A stretch of 64,000 bases of DNA. It comes from an uncultured Gemmatimonadales bacterium. Its GTDB lineage: Bacteria; Gemmatimonadota; Gemmatimonadetes; Gemmatimonadales; GWC2-71-9. The number at the start of each line of letters is the position of its first letter. Position 1 is the first letter of the stretch. The position numbers were made by a program, and so were the translations under genes. The stretch is taken from NCBI GenBank assembly GCA_963757525.1, contig CAVWRM010000001.1, positions 2,631,685 through 2,695,684 of the forward strand, in the 5' to 3' direction. Of the stretch, positions 29,426 through 37,687 are shown piece after piece. The notes below the pieces were generated by a model. It was not told the origin of the DNA. It did no database searches and saw nothing but the letters and a program-made list of their open reading frames with translations.

Positions 29426-30054
29426 CTGAGCCCGCCGAAGAGCTGGTCATTGCTTTCCATTTCCCCCGACTCGTGGGTGGCCGACATCGTGGCATCCCGG
29501 CGTCGACCGAGAGTCACGTCGGCGTCGGTCCCGGACCACCCGGACGCCAGCGACCGAGCGAACCGCTCGACCTCATCCCAGTCGGTGAACTCCCAGACTC
29601 GTGACGCATTGGCCGGCAGGCCCAACCAGCGACTGATGAGCTTGAGATACCATGGCAACTTCCTGTCCCGAGTGTCAGCCACTGCCCCCGTGAAGGAGCG
29701 CACGACTTTCGGGTACCACCCCGTCTCACGACAGAAGGCATCGAGAAACTCGCCGGCGCGGCGTGGGTCGCTTGCCGCCTCCCTGCACACCGAGACGAAA
29801 GCGGAAGGGGCATGATTGAGCAGCGCCGCATATCGGCGGGCGAACTGACGGATGCACTTCATATGATTGCCCCTCAGCACAGGGGATGCGAGGAGAAAGC
29901 AATCGTATGCGGCCAGGGGAACCCCGTCGGGGAACTGGTCCGCCTGGTAGACGTCCACGCCGTGGCCCGCATACATCAGGGCCTCGGCGATCCGGTTCGC
30001 CATCCGCCCCGTCTCCCGGTACGTGCTTCCATAAACGACGAGGATCTTCGACAT
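29413..30054 (-). CDS. Long-chain flavodoxin-like protein, HemG-type (putative menaquinone-dependent protoporphyrinogen oxidase)
   Basis: MSKILVVYGSTYRETGRMANRIA...SAFVSV...FTDWDEVERFARSLA parallels my recollection of E. coli HemG (MKTLILFSTRDGQT..SAFYSV..YTDWEQVANFA). Start trimmed to ATG 30054. Has a ~40-aa C-terminal extension. Confidence 0.55.
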   Translation of the reverse strand: MSKILVVYGSTYRETGRMANRIAEALMYAGHGVDVYQADQFPDGVPLAAYDCFLLASPVLRGNHMKCIRQFARRYAALLNHAPSAFVSVCREAASDPRRAGEFLDAFCRETGWYPKVVRSFTGAVADTRDRKLPWYLKLISRWLGLPANASRVWEFTDWDEVERFARSLASGWSGTDADVTLGRRRDATMSATHESGEMESNDQLFGGLSYRF

Positions 30055-30131
30055 GGGAACCTCCCTCCCGTGACGGCGGCGGACCAGGCTACCCGTTGAG
30101 CTCGGCTCGGGCAACGCTGGTCCTCAAGTCA

Positions 30132-30533
30132 TCACAGCCTGCCGGTGGCAACCGCGCGGACGATGTCCGTCGTGGAGATGACTCCGATGATTCGGTCGCC
30201 CTCGGCTACGAAGAGGCGGTGTACGTCGCCGTAGAGCATCTGTCGTGCGGCTTCACGGGCATCCTCGTCCGGTGCAACCGTGAACGGACGCGGCGTCATG
30301 ATCTCCTTCACCGCCGTGCTCTCCCACACGGCTTTGCGGGCGAGCTCGTCGTTCGTCTCGGCTTCGGCAGTCAGCACGTCCGTGGTCGAGACGACGCCGA
30401 TCACCTTTCCGGTTCCATCCACGACCGGCATGCCGGAAATGTGCGCGTCTGCCAAAGCGATGACGGCTTCGGCGACGCTGGCATCGCTCCGCACCATCTT
30501 CACATCGCGCTCCATGAGCTCGGCTACTGTCAT
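30132..30533 (-). CDS. CBS domain pair protein
   Basis: Two CBS repeats (VAELMERDV..V....SV.EA...L....ISGMPVVD; VKEIMTPRPFTV.PD....A...M....VHRLFV). Confidence 0.85.
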   Translation of the reverse strand: MTVAELMERDVKMVRSDASVAEAVIALADAHISGMPVVDGTGKVIGVVSTTDVLTAEAETNDELARKAVWESTAVKEIMTPRPFTVAPDEDAREAARQMLYGDVHRLFVAEGDRIIGVISTTDIVRAVATGRL

Positions 30534-30589
30534 AGGGTCCTCGTGGTAGGGTCACGGAACAACATGCCGCGTGGCGGGTGAAACCGCCG

Positions 30590-30614
30590 TGAAGGTCACG
30601 TGAAGAGGTCTTCG
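30590..30614. promoter_or_regulatory. Candidate operator: TGAA-N8-TGAAGAGGTCTTC(G), upstream of the CBS gene
   Basis: Shares an identical 13-mer (TGAAGAGGTCTTC) and the same upstream TGAA spacing with 32640-32664. The core is an inverted repeat GAAGA-GG-TCTTC. Confidence 0.45.
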
Positions 30615-30645
30615 GGAGATCAACGGCTGCCTCCAGCGCGAGCCG

Positions 30646-32604
30646 TCACCGACGCGGCGTTTCGACCTCTTGGAACCTACTCAACGCATCCTCGCAGGCC
30701 CGGCGGAGCGCCCCCAGAAAACCGCTCACGTGATCGGGCGCCGGAGGCGAGTCAGCGAGGAAGGGATCCATGATCGTCGATCGTAATACCACGAGCCCCT
30801 CCGGACCGCTCGCCTTCCAGTCGTCCACTGAGCCAACGGGCAGAGCGCTCAGAACCGGCTCGATGGCCCCGTCATAGGCCGGACTCCGGAGCCGTGTTCG
30901 GGTGATGATGTACTCCGGCTGTCCGTCACTCCGCCCGAGGCTCATGCGGGCGTACACCCGCTCATTGAAGTCGTTCACGGCAGGGAGCGACCGCAGCGAA
31001 CCGTGCCAGACCAGATAGCAGACGATATTGATGTCCGGCACCGGCAGCATGACCATGTGGAAAGGCGAGAGGTCCGCTCCTGCGATCGCCTCATGAAACC
31101 TTCGGGCTCCCAGCACCGTGCGCTCGATGAGGTGGCCGTATCCTCGCTCGTCGAGCGGCAGCACCTTGTGACTGAGCCAGACCGCCGCGGCCGCTGCTCC
31201 CGGTTTGGAGCCTTCGAGAATGTATCGGCCGAGGAAGCGCTCCGTGTCCGGTGCCGGACGCTCGATCGGAGAGAGATAGGGGGGATCGGTCGCAACCAGA
31301 TGACGGGTGCGCCCATCCCGCACGAGGATGGCCCCGGCGGAGTAGGGGACATACCCCATCTTGTGGGGATCCACGCTCACCGAATCGGCGTGACTCAGTG
31401 CCTCCATCGCGCGGACCCAGTCCTCGGAAGGCCAATCGGTTCCGATGGACGTCCGAATCTCGGAGGCGGTACGCCGGCTTCCGTCCGCTCGGCGAGTGAC
31501 GGCCGCGGCGTAGCCTCCGTAACAGGCGTCGGAGTGCACATGAAATGTCACGCCGAGCTCCCGCTCGGCCCGGGCCCGTACCCGGATCACCTGGTCGAGG
31601 CGGTCGACCGCGCTCTCCTCCGTACTCCCGCAGACGCTCACGAGGGCAAGGATCGGATGCCGGCGTTGGGCCAATGCGTGCACCCCCTCCCACAGAGCGT
31701 CCGGATCCATGCGGCACCATCGGTCGAGCGGGACATGGACCAGCTGGTTGGACCCGATCCCGAGCGCCCGAACGATCTTCTCCCAGGAGTAGTGGGCCGT
31801 GGCCGCGACCAGTACTACGCCTGCCGGCAGCGGATCGCCGTAGTCCATCGCGAGGCGGCGGCTGTACTCCTGGTAGCCGATGGTGGCGAGCGAGTGATTG
31901 GCAAGGGCGCGCTGCACGTCGGTGGGTGGGGCGGACGCCCAGAGGCGCTCCCAGAGATCGAGGGTGTCCGGATTGGTGACGTTCAGCAGCTCCCAGAGTG
32001 GAAGCTCGACGATCGACGCCAGAGCTCCGCCAGGGAGGCGGACCGGAAGCTCGAGCCCAAGCTCGGCGGCGGCTCCGGCAGCGGCCACCCCGAGGTAGCG
32101 AACACTGCGAGCCAGCCAGAGCGCCTCGAAGTTGGCGATCGTGCCGCCGGAAGTCAGATGGCCCCAGCTGCGCGACGGATCGTACCCGATCATCCGGGCG
32201 AGCTGTTCGGCTACCTCCAGCTCGAGCCGCGTGGTGACCGGCGAGATCTCGATTGCGATGTTGTTCGGGTTGTACAGCATGGTGGCGAAGTAACCGATCT
32301 GCGAGGCGATCGTCTGCTCGCCGATCATGTGCCCCTTGTAGCGGCCGCTGAAAAAGGGCACATCACGCTTGAGCTCGGCCAACAGGCCCATGAGCTCCTG
32401 CATCAATGTGGCGACGTTTTCCTCGTATCCTTCCTTCCGCTTGTCCGTCTCGCGAATGGCAAAGCCGTCCTCCGGGTGATAGTTGCGCCGCCAGAAGACG
32501 TGGTCGCGCAATGCCTCCACCACGAGACGCTCGAGCAGCTCGGCATTCTCCGCCCGAGGGCCGAGGAACCAGGCGCGCAGGGCATCGTTGGGGTGGCCGG
32601 TCAT
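30646..32604 (-). CDS. Pyridoxal-phosphate-dependent decarboxylase (group II, ~650 aa)
   Basis: HLTSGGTIANFEALWLAR, HVHSDACYGGYAA, SVSVDPHKMGYVPYSAGAILVRD (PLP-lysine region). Start is ATG 32604 or GTG 32625. Confidence 0.85.
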   Translation of the reverse strand: MTGHPNDALRAWFLGPRAENAELLERLVVEALRDHVFWRRNYHPEDGFAIRETDKRKEGYEENVATLMQELMGLLAELKRDVPFFSGRYKGHMIGEQTIASQIGYFATMLYNPNNIAIEISPVTTRLELEVAEQLARMIGYDPSRSWGHLTSGGTIANFEALWLARSVRYLGVAAAGAAAELGLELPVRLPGGALASIVELPLWELLNVTNPDTLDLWERLWASAPPTDVQRALANHSLATIGYQEYSRRLAMDYGDPLPAGVVLVAATAHYSWEKIVRALGIGSNQLVHVPLDRWCRMDPDALWEGVHALAQRRHPILALVSVCGSTEESAVDRLDQVIRVRARAERELGVTFHVHSDACYGGYAAAVTRRADGSRRTASEIRTSIGTDWPSEDWVRAMEALSHADSVSVDPHKMGYVPYSAGAILVRDGRTRHLVATDPPYLSPIERPAPDTERFLGRYILEGSKPGAAAAAVWLSHKVLPLDERGYGHLIERTVLGARRFHEAIAGADLSPFHMVMLPVPDINIVCYLVWHGSLRSLPAVNDFNERVYARMSLGRSDGQPEYIITRTRLRSPAYDGAIEPVLSALPVGSVDDWKASGPEGLVVLRSTIMDPFLADSPPAPDHVSGFLGALRRACEDALSRFQEVETPRR

Positions 32605-32639
32605 GCTGCTGAATCTGAGCACCACCCGTGAGGGGTCGT

Positions 32640-32664
32640 TGAATGGAACATGAAGAGGTCTTCA
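32640..32664. promoter_or_regulatory. Candidate operator: TGAA-N8-TGAAGAGGTCTTCA, upstream of the decarboxylase gene
   Basis: Second copy of the motif at 30590-30614. It lies between the hsp20 terminator and the decarboxylase start. Confidence 0.45.
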
Positions 32665-32684
32665 GGTCCGCCAGGACCGACAAC

Positions 32685-32711
32685 AGAAAACCCGGGTGGG
32701 GAGCCCGGGTT
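32685..32711 (-). terminator. Intrinsic terminator of hsp20
   Basis: AACCCGGG-N7-CCCGGGTT (8-bp perfect stem). On the minus strand it is followed by TTTTCTGTT. It lies 22 nt after the hsp20 stop. Confidence 0.7.
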
Positions 32712-32732
32712 AATGGGGAGAAGGAGCCGAGC

Positions 32733-33191
32733 CTACTTGATCACGATCCTCGTGGCAGGCGCGGGAGTCTCCTTCGGGAGATGCACCAGCAGAACGCCAT
32801 CGCGATACTCGGCCAGTACCTTTTTCTCGGCCACTGGTGTCGGCAAGCGGAGTGTGCGGGCGAATTTCCCCACCGCGCGCTCCCTGACCAGATAGCCTTC
32901 CCCTTCGACCGCTGGAGCGAACTCCCTCTTGCCGGTGATGGTCATCAGCTCACCGGTGAGGTTGACGTCCAGGTTCTCCTTGTGAATGCCGGGCACCTCG
33001 AGACGCACCGCATACTCCGTGGGAGTCTCGATCATGTCCATCACCGGCGTCCACTCCGCACCCGTGGTCTCGAACGGGAACGGCGGCAGGAGCGGCTCCG
33101 TCAGGAACCGGGGGACAAGGAGGCGATCGAATACCCGATCGAACTCCTCGCCCAGCTTCCCCACCATGGGGGTCCGCAGCGCAACTCGCAT
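32733..33191 (-). CDS. Hsp20/alpha-crystallin family small heat-shock protein
   Basis: EYAVRLEVPGIHKENLDVNLTGELMTITGKRE...AEYRDGVLLVHLPK. ATG 33191 is preceded by a perfect AGGAGG 5 nt upstream. Confidence 0.9.
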   Translation of the reverse strand: MRVALRTPMVGKLGEEFDRVFDRLLVPRFLTEPLLPPFPFETTGAEWTPVMDMIETPTEYAVRLEVPGIHKENLDVNLTGELMTITGKREFAPAVEGEGYLVRERAVGKFARTLRLPTPVAEKKVLAEYRDGVLLVHLPKETPAPATRIVIK

Positions 33192-33379
33192 AATACCTCC
33201 TGGTTTGAGCTGCGATGACAAAGTAGCACTCGAGCCATGAGGCCATGATGAAGCACGTGTGAGATATTCGCGCCGGCCGGGCCCGGTGCCGGAGCGCAAG
33301 AGACCTTCATCCGTCACTCACGCACTCATCACGGACGTGGTCCTACCTTGATGCCGCACCCTCGATCTCCGAGGCCCCC

Positions 33380-34123
33380 ATGCTTGACGTCCTCATCGCC
33401 TCCGGTACACACCTCGAGCTTCGGCCCGCGTGGCTGACAAGCAGCTTGATCGCTCATGGATTGGTGCTGACCCTGGCGGCGGTGGCCACCCGGGCGGCTC
33501 TGGACTCCCCGCCGGCCGTGGTGGCCGACCCTGCCATTCTGCTGTTTGTACCCAAGCCTCAGCCAGTGCTTCCGCCGGAGGTCAGACGGGAACCCACGGC
33601 GCCCGGTATCGTCATCGCCGAGCCGCCCCCTAAAGGCTTTCAGACCGTTGCGGCGCTCCAGGACATTCCCAAGCTGATTCCGCCCGTTGATTTGACTCAA
33701 CGTCCCTTGGACCCGCGGGACTTCACCGGTCGCGGTGTGGAGGGCGGTATAGCGGAGGGCGTGATTGGAGGCACAGGCAAGGTGGACGACTGGTCGCCGG
33801 CCGGAGGGCTGGATGCGATCTACGAGGCCACGACCCCCGATGAGCGATTCGTCCAGGCTACCCTGGTGTCCCAGCCCACACCGCGATATCCCACGGTGCT
33901 GGCGGTCGCGGGAATCGAGGGACGCGTGGCGCTCGAGTTCGTCATCGATACCACCGGGCGGGTCGAGCCGGTCTCCATCCGGATTCTCGAGAGCAACCAT
34001 GATGCGTTCGAGGCGGCAGCGCGCGCATCACTCACCCGGGCCATTTTCCGCCCCGCCCGGATGCGCGGCCGGCCCGTTCGCCAACTGACGCGCCAGGCGG
34101 TCCGATTTGTGGCACCCCATTGA
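33380..34123 (+). CDS. TonB family energy transducer
   Basis: N-terminal TM helix, Pro-rich spacer (PKPQPVLPPEVRREP), TonB C-terminal domain (YPTVLAVAGIEGRVALEFVIDTTGRV). Confidence 0.8.
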   Translation: MLDVLIASGTHLELRPAWLTSSLIAHGLVLTLAAVATRAALDSPPAVVADPAILLFVPKPQPVLPPEVRREPTAPGIVIAEPPPKGFQTVAALQDIPKLIPPVDLTQRPLDPRDFTGRGVEGGIAEGVIGGTGKVDDWSPAGGLDAIYEATTPDERFVQATLVSQPTPRYPTVLAVAGIEGRVALEFVIDTTGRVEPVSIRILESNHDAFEAAARASLTRAIFRPARMRGRPVRQLTRQAVRFVAPH

Positions 34124-34134
34124 AGTGCGCGCGT

Positions 34135-34743
34135 TCAGGTTCTGGTCTCCCTCATGCCTGGGGAGTGAGCCCCAACCACGGAGTTCTCGGAGACGATCGG
34201 CATTCGCACCGGCGTTGCCGCCGTCACCCCAGTGCCGCCGCCTCCGGGTGAAGCTGGACCGGCCTCGGGCCTCAGACGAGGTTCGGCGCCGAGCCAGTAG
34301 AGTCCGTTGGCCATGATGCAGAAACCCGTGGCGGCGAACCACACCATCGCGACCCCGACGAACCCCGTGAACAGGAGCCACCAGGGACTGACCAGGAGGA
34401 CCAGGAGGGACGCAATGGAGATGTTGATTCCCACCGCCAGGTAGATTCGCCGCTCCAGATACCATCGATCCGTCGGCATGAGGTACGGCTTGCCAGGTGC
34501 GAGCTCGCCCAACATGGGCGTGAAGCCGATGACACGAAGCAGATTTCCCACTATGCAGAAGCCGGTCAGTGCCACCGTCATGGAGGCGATGCCGGTTGCG
34601 ATGACGAGGAGTACCCAGATCGGCTTCACCACGGCGGCAAGCACCGTTCCCGTGATGAGCACGAAGCCCGCGATGAGCCAGACCGTGCGCTCGATGTACC
34701 AGCGATGGGTGGGAACGATGTAAACGCCGGATCGGAGTGTCAT
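34135..34743 (-). CDS. Membrane protein with two DUF2892 (YgaP-like) modules
   Basis: Duplicated pattern: P(T)(H/D)RWY(I/L)ER, then a TM hairpin ending in TGFC(I)(V/M). Lies 41 nt downstream of the 16-heme cytochrome gene on the same strand. Confidence 0.6.
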   Translation of the reverse strand: MTLRSGVYIVPTHRWYIERTVWLIAGFVLITGTVLAAVVKPIWVLLVIATGIASMTVALTGFCIVGNLLRVIGFTPMLGELAPGKPYLMPTDRWYLERRIYLAVGINISIASLLVLLVSPWWLLFTGFVGVAMVWFAATGFCIMANGLYWLGAEPRLRPEAGPASPGGGGTGVTAATPVRMPIVSENSVVGAHSPGMRETRT

Positions 34744-34784
34744 TGGTCCACCATAGGAAGAGAGGTGAGCGAGTCGTCCAGAGC

Positions 34785-36185
34785 TTAACGTTCGGGAATA
34801 GCGGCGCCGTGGCAGACCGTGCACATCTGGGAGTTGTGTCGCCGCATCCGATCAGCATCGAAACCCGGACCGTGCGGGTTGAACCGGCGGCCACCGGTCG
34901 CGGAGTGACACGTGAGACAGTCGCGCTCGGCGTGGCACGAGACGCAGCTCTCCAGGCTCTGCCTGGCGGCGGGGCCATGCGCAAAGAGGAATGCCGGCTT
35001 CGCGTCGTGAAATCCGCCGCGGAGGTTCCCCCGTGCGGCGAGGCCGGACTGCTGGTGGCAGTCGGCGCAGAACGAGCCGGTGTTGTGGCACTCGGCGCAG
35101 GTGGTTTCGCGCGCGTAGGCGGAGGCCGGATGGCGCGCGAGGAAGCCGGCGGGGTGGTAGCCCGGGGCCGAGGCGGCGTTCGGCCGGTGGCAATCGAGGC
35201 AGTCCGCGCGGGCATGGCAGGCGTCGCAGCTCTTCGGTGAGGCCGCGGCCGGCGCGGCGTGCCGGTCGGTGAAGTCGTCGCCGTGCGACGCCGGCCTTCG
35301 TCGCTGCACTATCGCGCCGCGGCCGCGGCCTGGTCCGCCTTCGTGCAATGCCACGGCCACGGTCGGCTGGGTGACGTGACAGGTGAGGCAACTCTCCTGC
35401 GTGTGGCACGTCGCGCAGCTTGCCCGGGCGCTTCGTGCCTGCTTCCCGTGCCGGCTCACGAACGCGGGTGACGCATGATCGGGTGGTGCCTCGAGTCTCG
35501 TCGCGATCGCGAGGGAGCGCGCGTCGGGCGCGAGCGCCTGGATCGCCTGGATCTCGGGCGCATTCACGTGACACGTGGTGCAGAAGTCGCGGGCATGGCA
35601 GGTGGCGCAGGTTTCGGATACCGGGTGATGCTGGGCGAAGCCTGCTTCTCGGTGCGAGGGCGGAGCCGGGAAGCGGGCGACACGCTCCGCGGGCAGGCTG
35701 ACGGCCTGCGCCAGAGTCAGATGGCAGGTGGCACATGCCGTGTCGGGCGCCGACAGATGGTCGGTGCGGATGCCGTGGCAGCTCAGACACTGCCGTACAT
35801 CGGTGCGTCGCACTTCCATCCATGGAGCCCCCTGCGCCAGGTGGCACGAGCGGCAGGCCAGCGAGTCGGCCGGAAGGCGCGTGGACGCACGCTCACCATG
35901 CAGGCGATGACTGAAGCGCAGGTTGGACGGTGGCGATGCACCCGGCGGAGTCCAGGTCACCTGCCGTTCGATCTTCCCGTCGTGGCAGGACGCGCAGTCG
36001 GCGGCCGACGGCCAGAACGACCGCGACGGGTCTTCGGCGCCGGCGTGACAGCCCTGGCACGTCGGGAAGAGCCGCCGGTGCTGCCAATGGTCGAAGCGAT
36101 CTGCTCCCCGCCGCGCGATCAAACCACCGCCCATGCCGAGGAGCAGGGTGGCGGCCACCAGGATGGCGAGTGGCTGGGCTCTCAC
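34785..36185 (-). CDS. 16-heme c-type cytochrome, polymer of c3/c7-type modules
   Basis: 16 CXXCH motifs counted. Recurrent F-x-x-H-x plus CxxCH-x3-4-CxxCH units (FAQHH..CATCHARDFCTTCH; FVSRH..CATCHTQESCLTCH; FTDRH..CDACHARADCLDCH; FLARH..CAECHNTGSFCADCH; FLFAH..CVSCHAERDCLTCH). N-terminal hydrophobic signal/anchor. The GTG start overlaps the barrel gene stop (GTGA). Confidence 0.9.
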   Translation of the reverse strand: MRAQPLAILVAATLLLGMGGGLIARRGADRFDHWQHRRLFPTCQGCHAGAEDPSRSFWPSAADCASCHDGKIERQVTWTPPGASPPSNLRFSHRLHGERASTRLPADSLACRSCHLAQGAPWMEVRRTDVRQCLSCHGIRTDHLSAPDTACATCHLTLAQAVSLPAERVARFPAPPSHREAGFAQHHPVSETCATCHARDFCTTCHVNAPEIQAIQALAPDARSLAIATRLEAPPDHASPAFVSRHGKQARSARASCATCHTQESCLTCHVTQPTVAVALHEGGPGRGRGAIVQRRRPASHGDDFTDRHAAPAAASPKSCDACHARADCLDCHRPNAASAPGYHPAGFLARHPASAYARETTCAECHNTGSFCADCHQQSGLAARGNLRGGFHDAKPAFLFAHGPAARQSLESCVSCHAERDCLTCHSATGGRRFNPHGPGFDADRMRRHNSQMCTVCHGAAIPER

Positions 36186-37687
36186 CTTCCCGGCCGGTGC
36201 CCAGCGCCGCGGATCGCCGGCGGCAGACGGAGCCGGTCGGCATCGGATCCGAAGAGCCAGGTGATCCGCGCCTGGACCCGGAACTGGTCCCAGTCGAACG
36301 CGCCGGGATCAGGGCGGCGGCGGTCCTCGAAGTACTGCGCGCCCGTCAGCGCGAGCTGGAGCCTCTCCGAGACGTGATACGCCGCATCCAGGCCCACCGC
36401 GTCCACCTGCGCCTGGTCGAATCGAAGCTCCAGCGGGCGAGCGAGGGTGGCGCCGAAGACCGATAGGGTAAGATCGGGTCCAGGCCGCCACGTCGCGCGG
36501 GCGTCCCAGCTCCGCGACGCGGCGCCTGGCCCGGTCTCGTCATGGTATCCGGCGTCGAGGATCAACGCCGGCGTCACCGTGGCCGTCGCGGCGACGGAGA
36601 TTCGCCAGCCGCGGTCCTCGAAGGTCGCGAGCCCCGTCTCCGCGCCGTCGTCGTCGAACCAGTAGCGCTCACCGCTCGCCCGGAGACGGAGCCGCGGCAC
36701 CGGGGCCACCGACACCGATCCCAGGATGGAGGTGTGGCCCACCGGGCTGAACGCACCCCAGATGGTCCAGAGGTCGAAGTACGGCCGGTACCGCTGCACG
36801 CCGGCCTCCCCGCTGACGCGGCGGGCGTCGTACCGCAGGGTCAGGTCCGACGTTCCCCACCATCCCTGAGCCAGGTCGTATTCCGCACTCCCGGTCAGGC
36901 TCACCCGCCGGGCCGGGCGCACGACGGCGGTCATCGCCGCTCGCTCCGAGACGAACTGGTCGGATGAGGGATCCACCTCGCGGCGATACTCCGCGCGCAG
37001 GTCGGCGGCGTCTGCCCGCCACCCGATTGCGGCCCCCGCGGTGACGTGACGCCGGGACAGCTGGAAGTCCTCGAGCGGGTCGAGCGACGGGCTCGTGATC
37101 GGCACGTCCACCCCGCGGGCCAGCCCCCAGCCCCCATAGCCGGTCAGGTCGAGTTTCGTCCCCCCGGGGCGGAGCGTCACGCTGGCCCCGTCGATGCCGG
37201 TCCATCCCAGCCGCCCGGTGACGTGCTGCCGGCCAAGCCGGCCAGTGAGCGACGCGGTGGCGTATTCGGCGTAGGCCTCGAGCAGCTGGACGGCCGGCTG
37301 GGTGCCGGGCCAGAGGTCGTCGCGGCTCAGATCGGTCCCCCACCTGGCATTTCCGCGGACGCTGAGCCCCGGCACGCCGAGACCCCAGACCGTCATGTCC
37401 GCCATGCTCACCAGGGGTGCGCTCTGCAGTTGCGGGCCCGGCAGGTAGAAGAGGCAGAACCCGGTCGCCTGAATGCACGTGACCGCTCGGCCGTCCGGCG
37501 TCACCAGTCCACCGCCTGCACCGGCGACCACGTCGCCAGCGGCGATGCTGTCGGTCGCCACGCCCCGAAAGGCCACCCGTTGGAAGCGGGTGTCGAGGCG
37601 GAGCCGATACTCCTGGCCGGCAGCGATCCCGGTCCCGGCGCACGCGAGCGATCCGCCCAGGAACGCCACTCGCGCCCAGCGGTTCAT
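36182..37687 (-). CDS. Heme-free outer-membrane beta-barrel protein (candidate porin of a porin-cytochrome complex)
   Basis: Start trimmed to ATG 37687 (MNRWARVAFLGGSLACAGTGIAA|GQ signal peptide; ATGA overlap with the upstream gene). About 20 amphipathic strands with aromatic ends (e.g. LSVRGNARWG, VSLTGSAEYDL, LTLRYDA, LRLRASGERYWF, WRISVAATATV, LTLSVFGATL, LQLALTGAQYF, FRVQARITWLF). No CXXCH. Confidence 0.75.
   Translation of the reverse strand: MNRWARVAFLGGSLACAGTGIAAGQEYRLRLDTRFQRVAFRGVATDSIAAGDVVAGAGGGLVTPDGRAVTCIQATGFCLFYLPGPQLQSAPLVSMADMTVWGLGVPGLSVRGNARWGTDLSRDDLWPGTQPAVQLLEAYAEYATASLTGRLGRQHVTGRLGWTGIDGASVTLRPGGTKLDLTGYGGWGLARGVDVPITSPSLDPLEDFQLSRRHVTAGAAIGWRADAADLRAEYRREVDPSSDQFVSERAAMTAVVRPARRVSLTGSAEYDLAQGWWGTSDLTLRYDARRVSGEAGVQRYRPYFDLWTIWGAFSPVGHTSILGSVSVAPVPRLRLRASGERYWFDDDGAETGLATFEDRGWRISVAATATVTPALILDAGYHDETGPGAASRSWDARATWRPGPDLTLSVFGATLARPLELRFDQAQVDAVGLDAAYHVSERLQLALTGAQYFEDRRRPDPGAFDWDQFRVQARITWLFGSDADRLRLPPAIRGAGHRPGR

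Noticed and set aside
33224-33231. TAGCACTC upstream of hsp20, resembling one half of the CIRCE (HrcA) operator.
   Set aside because: The expected partner GAGTGCTAA nine nt away is absent on either side, so this is not a credible CIRCE element.
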